The notes beneath the pieces are model-generated. The model was given only the letters and a program-made list of their open reading frames with translations. It did no database searches and had not been told where the DNA came from. Below, in pieces: positions 11,201-23,200 of a stretch of 64,000 nt of DNA. A program made the position numbers and the translations under genes. Source of the stretch: Amphiscolops sp. MND2022. Lineage: Eukaryota. Location of the stretch: positions 8,620,001-8,684,000 of the forward strand of contig OZ076409.1 in assembly GCA_964187785.1 (NCBI GenBank), in the 5' to 3' direction. Every line of letters begins with the position of its first letter. The first letter of the stretch is position 1.

Positions 11201-14200
11201 AAAATACGATTATACGAAAAATTATACGAAACCCCCAATTTGTTATACGAATTACATGTTATACGAAAATATCATTATTATACGAGTTATACGGAGAATC
11301 GCTTTTTAGCCATTTTGCGTCGATTTTCCCGTATCTGGGTAAAGAAGTGTTTTGAAATTATGAAATTTTTGTGATGAATTTCAAATGAACTGCATTCTGA
11401 AATGGTAATAGGCTATGCGTCATTCGGAAAGGGGGCTATTACGGTCCCCATTTTTTGAAACAATTAACACTTTCCGATAGAAAAATGATCCAAAAAATGT
11501 GCTCCATGCCTTTATACGATATAAGAGGCCAATTATACGAATACACGATATACGAAACGAAACCTTCGATTATACGATTACACGTTATAAGAGGAACTCA
11601 GTATACGACATTACATTGGTTGATAATACCAACTCTACCCACAAAAAGGAGCTGTTCCTTCGTCGAGTAATGTGGAAACCTGTCAGGAGAACAGCGACAG
11701 CAGCAGACCCAGTGCGGGGGGAGAGGGGGCCGTGTCCTTTAGGAGGGGGGTGACTGAAGCCGTGCAGAATCTGCCCAGGATCAGTGAGGTTGATGTGCTA
11801 GAGGTGGCTACTGGTGATAAACAGGGATGTGACTTTTATGCTTAAACCTAAAGACATATTTTGAAATATAGACATATTTCCTAGAAATTAAAAGTTATGG
11901 AAAAATAATCTAGAAATTTATCACAACAATAACAAGACGGGAATATCTAAAAATCACAAGAATAGCGTATATATACAAACCTATCATATCCTCATTAAAA
12001 CATTGGATATCACTTTACCACACTCGAGAGTTTTTTTCACAATTGACTTTGATACTTTCGCCTCAAAGGCAACGATTAACACCTGCTCATTCAAAGTGGC
12101 ATATGATTATTATGCGGAACAATCTTGTAAAAAACTGAATGAATGGTTTTTATTTGACATTTTCCCAAAATTTTTAGACAAATTGGGCCTTTTTTAGTCG
12201 GAGCTTTTCTAGAGAAAAGAGTCGACTATAGTCATGGCTTTTCGTCAGTGTTTTTTTTCTTCATTTTTTTCGATTCACCTGAAGTGACCAAAATAGTTCT
12301 ACAAAATTTTAAATTGCCCCTGTTGGTCCAGGGAACTGAACCAAAAAGGTTTCCCGCGTAATATACAATATCGGATGAGACCAAAAGGTCCCCCTTTTCA
12401 GTTTTTTTTTCGGCATTACGAGACTTTTTTTGGAAAAAATTCTTTAAAGTGTCCCCCTTCAATTTTTTTCGGCATTGTGAAACTTTCCAAAAAAATTTTC
12501 GGGTGCTGTAAAAAATACTTTGACACTTTGAAGTCCTTTTGCTATTTTTGAGCCTTAGATATTGTGCCGACTTGGGCCGGTCCCGGCTTGTTGAAGACAT
12601 TATTATGGACATATTTCGTCCGAACCGAAGTGAAGACATAAAAGTCGCATCCCTGGCGATGACAAGGTGCTCTGCGCTGCTGTCACTGGCACTGGGGGTT
12701 CCGACAGTGTCGTTGTATCCTGCTCCGATATCGACCAGGACTCTAACGACGAAATCGACGAACAGTCCTCCGAAGGTATGTGCAAAGTCTCGTTTTCCTG
12801 GAAAGAAAATGAAAAAAAATCTTTGAACTGTCCGAATTTTTTTCTAAATGATCTATGACAATATTTTTCAATCCTTTTGTACGAAAATGTTTTAGGGATT
12901 TTTTCAGCTTTTCTGGGACATGAAGAGAATAACCAACAAAAAAATTTGTATTTTTCTCTCAAAAAAGCCTCTTTGTTTTAGTGCAAAAAAGTTTAGGATC
13001 TGGTTCGAATCTCCATCAACTCACCATCGCTGTGCTTTGAGCAAGTCCTTCATTCCTAGCTTAGTGGTATAATCTTGACAAAAAAACTTCACCAAAATAA
13101 CATTGCTTCACCACTTGGATGTCATTATGGTCCCATAGCTTGCTATGGGGGGGGGGTTGTAGTATGCGAAAAAGGCACACTTAGAAAAGCAGAACTGCTT
13201 ATTTGGCGTCCACCCCGCTGTAATTGGGAAATTTAACTTACTCTTAAAAATTTTTGTCCAGTTATGTGTATTTTTATTTTTTATTTTCCGCACACATATA
13301 ATGGGGGTGGAAAATCATAATCTGTGTTGCGTATTTTTCCAAATTCTGTCAAATCTCCACGATCTCCATCCACTTCAGTTAGTACTTAAATTAGTTACTT
13401 GGCTCAATTGGTTGTGCGTCTGCTTGGCAGACGCGAGGTCGTAGGTTCGAACCCGTGGTAATGCGTTACATTTTTAGCGGAAATAATCCCGGTTCTTAGC
13501 AGGCGTCTTGTTTCTTATGCCTCGTTCTCGTTATCAGGTACCTCCAACACGACAACCCTGAGTGCTACAGCAGTGACAACCACCTCTTACGGCTCGTCCA
13601 GTATTCCCCTATCCTCGTCTGAGACGACGGAATCGTTTTCCAACATCACTTCCTTGGGGTACATCTCGGACTCCAGCTCAAACCAGCCTTTCACGACCGC
13701 ATCTTCCAAGTTCTTCGACTCACACAGCGCCATAGATGAAGACGAGAAGTCATTGGTGTCCTGCCGAAGTACAACCACCACGATATCCACTTCAAATGCA
13801 GGAATGAGCAAAAAATATTTGGAAAAAAGCAAAAAAAAAAGATTTTTGAAAAAAGTAGATGTCCGTTCTTGACGTGACACTCGTGTTTAGTCGGTGCTTC
13901 ATGAAGTGAAACCCTACTATACTAGTGACTCTTCTTGTTCAATCCACAGGAACTGACCAAAATAGTTCTTGAAAGTTCTACGAAATTTTATGGTCCCAGA
14001 TTGAATCATTTGGCCTAGTGAACTGGACCAAAAAGGTTTTCCCTTTTTCCGCGTAACATACAATACCGGGAGAGACTAAAGAGTCCTCCTTTCATTTTTT
14101 TCGGCATTGCGAGACTTTTTCGATACACATTTTTCGCCAAAGGATCCCCGCTTCATTTTTTGGAGTTTTGCGACAGAATGGATTTTGAAAAATCCCGAAG

Positions 14201-17200
14201 GGCCCCTTCTAGTTTTTCGGCATTGAGATATTTTTTCGAAAAAAAAATTCACCAAAGGGTCCCCTTCAATTTTTTGATGTTTTGCAACAATGGGTGTTAA
14301 AAAATGCGAAAGGGTCCTCCCGGCACGCCATTGCGGTCCAACATTTTGGGTTTTTCAAGTACTGTAGATGAGAATACTTTGACATTTTGAAGTCCTTTTG
14401 CTAATTTTGAGCCTTAGATATGGCGCCGACTTGGGCCGGTCCCGGCTTGTCGAAATACAGTTGTAGCCTGTGTTTCAAAATATCGAATAGGGTAAAGCTC
14501 CATGCGTAAAATTTAGAGATGTGACCCGCTATTCAAACCGCTATTTGACAGCGTTTGTAGTTTCAAAATCGCTATTTCCGCTTATTCATATCCATCGCTA
14601 TAGCGATCTCTACCGCTTTTCCATTCTTCTCTACGTTGCTTAATATAACGTTTTCAAAGTTCGGATGTAACGTTTCCAACGTTTGGATATAACGTTTTTT
14701 GATGTTTTCTCAACCCTGCTCGTACAGCTTCAAGTATGCGGTCCGAGCATGAATACAATTCGAGTACCACCGCTGACAGAACTGCTGACGGAATGTCTCC
14801 TATCGGACTCTCACAGGGCAACGTCAGTTTCAAAATCATGCATGGAGCAGCCACCGAGAGTTCATTTGAGGTGTTCCAAAACGAAAGACTCACTATCCCA
14901 ATGCAGCAGCTGTCAGTTGGTCACGCAAAGGCAGGGTTTTAACATCGCTAATTTTTTCGCTAATCGCTGAACCGCTTATTTCGAATTCGCTATTTCGCTG
15001 AAAAGTTTTTCTCCAAACTATTGAATGTTTGACTTCAAGTTTTTTTTCGAAAATTGAATGATAACTTAATTCAGTTTTTGCGAGAAAAAAGGGAAGCAGA
15101 TTTTCATACTGTGTGGGTTTTACAAAAGTTAAAGCTGGAATTTTTCGAAATTCATTTTGAATCTCTGTGTATACTCTCAAGAAATTTTGATTTTGGACAA
15201 TCTTTTAGTTGCTGCTAATGTAAACGTTAATGAAATCGCTGAAAAATTTTTGCGCGGCCGCTAAATCGCTAATTAGCGGTGTCAAAACTCTGCGCAAAGG
15301 AAAACCAACTATCGAGATCATCCAAACTTGACAACCCACTGATGTTCGAAAACGAGAGAATCCTATCAATAAGCACAGAGTTCCAGTCATCGGGAGCGGA
15401 AAAAATATCGTCAAAGTTGTTCATACAATCCGAAAATGATGACGTAGATAGTGATTCGACGTTAGATGAAGACGCAGAGGATAGCATAAGTTCGAGTTTC
15501 TTCCAGCCTTGTTACTCGGATGATGTGCTAGCAGACGACGAAGATCGGTGCAGGGAATCCAGTTTGGATCTCAAAGGCAGTGATGACCAATTAATTTTTT
15601 GGAAGAAATATCAAACATTTAACGGGTAGACTTTGAATTTAAGCGATCTATTAAATGGATTTTTCCTTGAAAATGGATCGGAAAAAATGAATTTATTCAT
15701 TTTCAGAACCAAGACAAGTCAATCGCAAACGTCAATTCTGCCTTGAGAGTCTATTTCTTCGTTTCTCAGTCAGAAACGTGCCCTCGAAAACATGCGCTTT
15801 GCGATGGCAGGCGAAGGCAAGATGCCGAGGACTGATCTAGCAACCCTCTCTGGATATAAGCTAGCCAATTCAACGGCGTAATGCATACGTTGGAATTGAC
15901 GTGAAATAAAAGGGATCCCAGTAATGGTTTTTAGTCGGCGCTTTTCTAGTGAAAAGTCCCCGACTATTGCAGTGGCTAGTTTTTAGTCGGCGCTTTTCTA
16001 GTGAAAAGTGCCCGACTCTTACAGTGGCTAGTTTTTTTTCGTCAGACTACAATCTCACTCTGATTGGGCCACTTTTCTTACAATCGAAACTACTACTATA
16101 AGGCCAAGTCCGGTCAGCGGAAATTAGTGCAAAAGGGTCCCCCTTTCATTTTTTACTATTTTAACGTAACCTACAATACTGGACGAGACTAAAGGGTCCC
16201 CCCTTTCGATTTTTTTTCGTCACTGTGCGATTTTTTTTTCGAAAATTTTTTAATGTCTCAAAAGAGTCCCCCTTTCGAGTTTTTTGATATTTTGCAACAG
16301 AATATATGTTAAAGCCCAAAGGGTCCCCCTTTTACATTTTTCGGCACTATGCGACTTTTTCTGAAAGAAAAAAATTCAAAAATTTAGTTTTTTTTCAAAA
16401 AAAGTCTTTTGCGCTTTTTGAGCCTTAGATATAGCGCCGACTTTAGACGTTCCCGTCTTGTTTTCTTTTTTTTTCGTCAGACCAAATAGCTCACCCTGTA
16501 TGTACCACTTTTTGTGCATTATGCAGTTTTACCAAAAGTACTCAGCACTTGATTTTGAACACATCCAAAAGCCTATAGCTTGAAATACAAAACCCAGAAG
16601 GGTCCCCCTTTTCCAATTTTTCGGCACTATGAGACTTTCCCCGCCCCTGTTTTCGGCTCTGTGAGCCTTTTTTCATTTTTTTTGGAAATTTTTATCGAAA
16701 TGTCTCCAAAGGGTCCTTCAATTTTTTTGATATTTTGCAACTGTATGGATGTTGAAAAAGTCCAAAGCGCCCCCTTTTACATTTTTTGGCACTATGAGAC
16801 TGTTCAAAATTCTCATTTTTCGTTTTTTTTCAATTTTTTTTAATTTCGGAATTTTTTCATGTCCCCAAAGGGTCCCTCCTTCAGTTTTTTTGATATTTTG
16901 CAAAGGGTCCCCTTTTACAATTTTAATTTAAAAACTTTGCGCTTTTTGAGCCTTGGATAGAGCGCCGAATTTGGCCGTTCGCGGCATGTTGTATATTCAA
17001 TTAATGGAATATTTAAGGGATCCGTTGACCGGATTTTAAATGGGTCCCTTATTTTGATCATCACTGCTGAAAGGTGACTCAGAGCTGGACCATCCGGAAT
17101 TGAAGGGTGACGTGAGTCGTTCAACTACTGATGGCAACCTGAGTAGGTTTGACAATGAACGAAAGCATTCTTCGATGTTGAGTTCTCCCGGTAGCGCAGA

Positions 17201-20200
17201 TGTCTCCATTCTGGGGGATGTCCAGAAGCAAGATAAAGGCGACAGTGAGTTATCTGTGACGTCACCGGCCAACATTGAGAGAAGCTTCAAGGGACCCTCA
17301 CAAAGTGCTACGTTTTTCGCGGCCATCACGCAAAGTTCGTCGAAACATTTGCTGGAGGGTATTAGTCATGATTCAGCCACAGCTGCAGGCACAAACATTC
17401 ATGAGTTGGCGGATATGAGTGACAATTTATCGCCCTTACAGGAGTCAGGTCACGTGATGATTGAGACACGACATCCTGCACAGGTTGCGATATTTTCCGT
17501 TATAAAGAATTTTCCATTTGAAAGAATTCCCGTGTCGAACAACACAGTTATCCAAATTGCGTTAGTTTTAATTTCACCCTATTTGTTTGCGAAGGCGGCT
17601 CTTTTTCCTTTTCCCCGGCACTTTCAAAGAAAAAATATCAACATAAAGGAATATATTTGGCTATATCGTTTAATATTTCGACAAATAAGTCTATTCCTTT
17701 GTTTTGTTGTCTCCACATAAACTCATACTGAGAAAATTTGGCAGCTTCATTTTCAGTCGGCGCTTCATGAAGTGAAACGCGACTATTATAGTGACTTTTT
17801 TTCAATCCACGCGAACTGACCAAAATAGTTCTTGAAAGTTCTACAAAATATTATTGCACCAAATTGCACTATTTGGTCTAGCGAACTGAACCAAAAAGGT
17901 TTGTCTTGTTTTCTCGCGTAACATACCATACCGGGCGAGCCTAAAAGGTCCCCCTTCCAGTTTTTTCGGCATTGTGGGACTTTTTTTGAGAATATTTTAA
18001 TGACTTCAAAGGTTCCCTCCTTCAATTTTGCGACAGAATTATTGAAAAATCCCAAAGTGTGGATTTTTAGCGCCCCAATTCGGTGCAAATTTTGGGTTTT
18101 TCGAGTTTTGTAAAAGAGAATACTTGACACTTTGAAGTCCTTTTGATATTTTTGAGCCTTAGATATGGCGCCGACTTAAGCCGTTCCCGGCTTGTTTTCG
18201 TTCACGCCAAAATACAATTTTGCGGCGAAGTTTATTTTTGCGAATTAGAATAAAGCCGGAAATGTTTTTAAAAAGACTTTTCAATATTAAAAAAGAGTAT
18301 TTTTTTGAAATTACGTGAAATGTTTCATTGGAAAGTCAATTGAGAGCAAATTAATTGCTAAAACAATATCATCTAGAAATGTGTGGGGAAAAAAGTTCCG
18401 CAAAGACATCCTCGGCTTTATTGGAACAGTCAATGAAACTTCGAAACAGTTTTGAGAAAAACATTTAATTTTCAGTGGATGTTTTATCTGTAGTAACTTA
18501 CACAAAAGAAACAAAGTTTCAAGTGTTCACTTGTTCACACTTTCTAATAATTGTTTCATAATTTAATGAAATGGAAAATAATGGCATATTGCGTGAAGGC
18601 AGCAAACTTAGAGCCAGAGGTCACCAACGAAGACTTGTGCAAAAATATCAAACTTGCTGTACTTCTGCAAAATGAATGCACGGCTATTCGTGAACAGAAC
18701 GAAGACTTCATTGTGGACATGAAAAACGTACCGGAAGGAAAATCTGCAAAACACTCCTTCAAAGAGCCCGATTGTGAGGTAGTCGCTCCCAATGCCTCGG
18801 AAATAGTTGAACACGACTTGTATGGGGAAGTAGCTAACCAGAATGAAGACTCATCCCAAACATGTGACATCAATGTCGTTAGACCCAGATGTTCGTCTTT
18901 GGTTACAGGGGGCTGCAACCCACTTGAAAATGCCGACGTAGATTCGTCACCTGCTAAAGTTGACCCTGTAAATTGCGCGTTGGCTTTTGCTGAAACATCT
19001 GAAACTTACTATTCAGCTGTAACTCAACCTTACATCGGCGTGGAAAGTGCCCAAATTCTTAGCGATGAGCTGTTTGAGGAGCAACTAGTCGGTGATAAAG
19101 TCGTCAACAAATCTTCGGTGGTTCAAGTTGATGAATTTTCGAATGATGAAAACCAGAGTTCCGAATCCGAAGAAGCAGAAACATCTCAAAATTTTATCAT
19201 AAAACCCGACAAAGTGTACCGAAGCTCTATGTGCTCAGGAAAATCGGCTGCTGAGACAATGGATATTACGGAAGAAGAGAAGGGATCTTGGGAAGAAATG
19301 CTCCTACAGGCCTCCAATTTCAGTGTGGATGGAAATCAAGTTACCAACGCTTCTTCCAACACAAATACCAGCAACTGCTCCAGCGGGAATAGTTTTTCCA
19401 ACATCATTTGCTCCTTCAACGTGTCAGTTGCCCCCTTCAACAAAGTGGGAGAGCTTTGCACTCTGGGTGTCATAAGTGAAACCAGGGACCGAGAGATTGT
19501 TGTGTGTCGAAACCGAGAAGTCAATGTATTGATGAAAGAAGTTGAAGAAAGTTCTGAACGAGCCGAGAGCGAAGTTGCATTTCATGCAATTGATGCTTCC
19601 TCCAACAAAAAAGTTGTTCCGCTCAAGGGCTCGTTGCCTTTATCAGAAGAAACTCAGAAACTCGAGACCACAGTGAATGCTGGCATTTCAAGATCCGAGG
19701 AACAGCAATCGCTGGAAGTTTTTGAGATGTTCAAAGCCATCGGGGAGACCCATGAAATTGTGGCCAATGATCGAAATGATTCATTCCGAGAGGAACTACC
19801 CTTGTTTTTGCCACTTCCTGAAGACAATGAAGATCAGGATCTGTCTTCCGGCACAGGGCGAGGACTCGATCGGAGTGCGGCAATAACAGTTAGAATAAGC
19901 CCTGTTGAATGTCCTGTTTCTTTGAGCTGCGAAGTGATGAGTTTCCATTTGGGTCAAACTTACGAAGACGATGGAACTACCATTGACCATTCCTGTGAAT
20001 TTTTTTCATGCGATGTTCGGGAATTTGAGATTTCAAAGCAACACAGTACGTCGAACGAACTTCAAGAAATGAAATCCTGTCGGAAAGAAGTTTCCGATGT
20101 TTTCTATGTCGAGGCTTCGGATTTTCGTGACAACAGTTTCGAAAGTGCAGCCTGTGATATGTTGGATTCAGTGGTTCTCGATGGTTTGCCTTGCAATTCT

Positions 20201-23200
20201 CGGAAAACTTCAGAGTTGCTTGCAAATGAAGTGAGTGTCCATGCAAATGGGGGCGAATTCGAAAACGTGTCACAAGCTGAGATTGAATTGGTGAATTCGC
20301 TGAAAGCCGAAATGAACACAATTGAGCATGATGAGTTTCATCCTTCGAAAGCAAAACTTTTCGGCAAAAATCTAGTTCATACCTGCAACATTAAGCCTTC
20401 AGTACTGAAACTGACAGAAGCGCACACTCTTGAATCGTCTCTTTGTGATGTCATAGTAATTTCATCGAGTGAAATCTCAGATGCAGAAATGATCAGAGCG
20501 TGTGAATTTGCCCAGACGCATCAAAACTCCGTGCTAAACTTATCTAGTATTGGTTTGGAAAAAATGGCGAGTGAATTGGAATGGGTTCAGATTCAAGAGG
20601 ATAGTAACTTGAAGATGATTGAACCTTTCATTCAGTTTTCCACACTTACCTGGGTTTATGATCCTGATATTGATCCAGGTACGGAAACAGAATCGCTGGA
20701 GAATTTTGAGCCCCAGCAACCAGTTGGGTCTCCGAGAAGAAGATTCAGATGCGCTTTCCCCAGAAATAATTTCGTGAGATTTAGCCATACAAAAAGCAGA
20801 GTTTTCTCTCAAGTCAATGAGGTTGAAGAAATCAAATGCTTCCGTTTAAGAGCTCCGAGACGAGGAACTTATGGATACTTTGTGCCAGTCATGCCCGATG
20901 ATTTCGACGAGCTAACAATCCGAATGTTTGCATTGTTTGCAAATCCTTCGGTTACTGACGAAGTGACGCCTACTGTACTGAGTGCGTTGGAAGAACCACG
21001 AATTGAACGAACTGATGGATCTATACAGACCCATATAAGTTGCATGGGAAGCATGTATTTCTTTCAAAGTTTATGCCCCACATTTTACGCCCATGATCAC
21101 CGCACAGGCGTTCTTGAGGACATAAGTGAGGAGCATTCATCCGATTTGAGCGGCAGCTCCGAGGCGTCTGTTTCGGTTAGCTTGCATCCAGTTGTAGATG
21201 AGTCATTGAGCACTTTTGATGGCGTCGAAAGCAGCGTGCCTTCGATTTCTTTTTCCGGGACTCTAACTTCGATTAGTGATCGGTTACAAGGAACTGTCAT
21301 GACTCTTGATCAAGGTTCACTTTCAAGTGTGGAAACACCAGTCACCGACATCATTGATGTACTCGATTCTGAATTTACTCTGACTTTTTCGACTCAGGAT
21401 TTAATGCAGTTTGACATCTGTCCTCAAACGATAGAAGAAGCTGCAAGTCTTTCGAAACCCAATGTCAATAACCAGTTTTCTGAAGCTTTGGCGTTATCCT
21501 TAGATGCCAATACCGATCCTGTTGAAGCCAATGAGTCGTTTCATGAAACCAAACCTGTCGTTTTTCGTCGCAAAAACTCAAGTCCTTTCATGGAGTCAAA
21601 AAATGTTTCCGACCTGTTTGAAAATGCGGCTATCAATCCTTGTCGTCAATTGGGGACATCGCCTCGATCTGCATTGAAAATTACTTTAGCTGCCATGGAG
21701 TTGGAATCCAGTTGCGAAATGAAAGATGAGTCATTTGTTTGTAATATGTACGATTATGGGTGTGAAAAACTGGGCGGAATAGACGTGAGTCCTGGATGCA
21801 GTAACACGGACATTGACGAAATCTATCTGAGCTGCAATGGACTTGAGCAAGTGGAACTTTCTCCGCAAGCAGAAAGTGTTGTGTCTTCTTGCAATACTTC
21901 AATGGAGTCTTGCTGCACCGTAGTTCTCAAGTCTGACAACATTGACGACACCAATTTCAACCAATCACAAACTAGTCTGGATCCTCATCCGCAATTCTGT
22001 GATGACAACGTGGAACTAGGAAGCTCTCCGCTTTCTGCTGATCGAACTATAGATTCAATTCCCACTCCAGTGTGTGGAGTTTCCATGGTTTCGTCTCCTT
22101 GCCAAAATTCCAGTCCCAAATTATGCGAGCGATCTTCCAGTATTGTCGAGTCTCGTTTGAAGTTTTCCGTTGTCCCCAACCTGCTCTTGAGCAATAAAGT
22201 TGAAAATGACGTAATTCCGACTGAGTGTGGACAAGTGACGGATGCAGCTTTTTACTCTGAAGAGCTTCAGGTCACTGATGATTCAAAGTTCACCAGATGC
22301 GACCAGTTTGACACCTGCAACCCAGACGTCGCGGGGGACCAAACGTTTTCCAACTTCACCAATTTGGTCTCGGGCGCGAAGCGGGAACTTGTCGAGGATA
22401 AGTTAAGTTCCAATGTCTTCGAAGGAGTGAACAGGCAATGTTCCTTGTACCCAGTGACTATGGAAAATAACTCGTGTCGGGATTCAGAACAAAGCTTCAT
22501 GATAGACAGTCCTTCGCGTTCCAAGGTAATCCCCACTTTCATTCCAAAACCTGAACCTTCCCATACAGAAGTCGAAGGATCTGAAGACTATTCTTCTTCA
22601 GTGGTCAAGTCCAACGGAGTGACATCTTTGGTTACCGAAAACTTTCTATCTAAACAATTCACTCCCAGAAGCCCGCACCTCGAAAACTTTTCTGAGTTTG
22701 ACATGAAAGTGGATTTGAGTTTGATGCCCATCGAAGAATCTCACATTAGTCGTGATTTCTGTTTGGCTAAGAGCAGGTACACAATGAATCGAACAGTTTC
22801 GGACAAACAGTACGACTCTTTTGATCCCGACATGGAGGATCTCCTAATTCGCAGATTCAGTTTTAATACAGGAAAAGGTTAGTTTCCTAGCCACGTATTT
22901 AAATGATTGTACTTATTCGCACTAAATTATTTCTGGTAATAAGGTAATAAAATGGGCGGGAGTTGTTTTTTGGAACAATGCAACAAAAACAATGTGGGAT
23001 ACAGTTTGCGAAATACCGTAAAGCGACAATTCGTCCCAAATTCCAAAAAGCGACAATTGGTCCCAAGCGGCAATTCGTCCCATTTTGAAAAGGCAACAAT
23101 TCGTCCCAATTATTAAAAGCTGCAATTTGTCCCCAATTTAATTGCCAATAAAGACCTTTGTAATAATGGATCCGGAAATATTAAACTTAGAGACAGGTGC

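Noticed and set aside
17481..18598. Intron 17484-18598 as another introner
   Set aside because: Only a weak inverted similarity (CAGGTTGCGATATTTTCC vs GGAAAATAATGGCATATTG) and no TSD; not counted.
18551..22882. 1,443-aa ORF as a stand-alone gene
   Set aside because: Bounded by an in-phase acceptor (18598) and a GTTAGT donor (22878); better explained as an internal exon.
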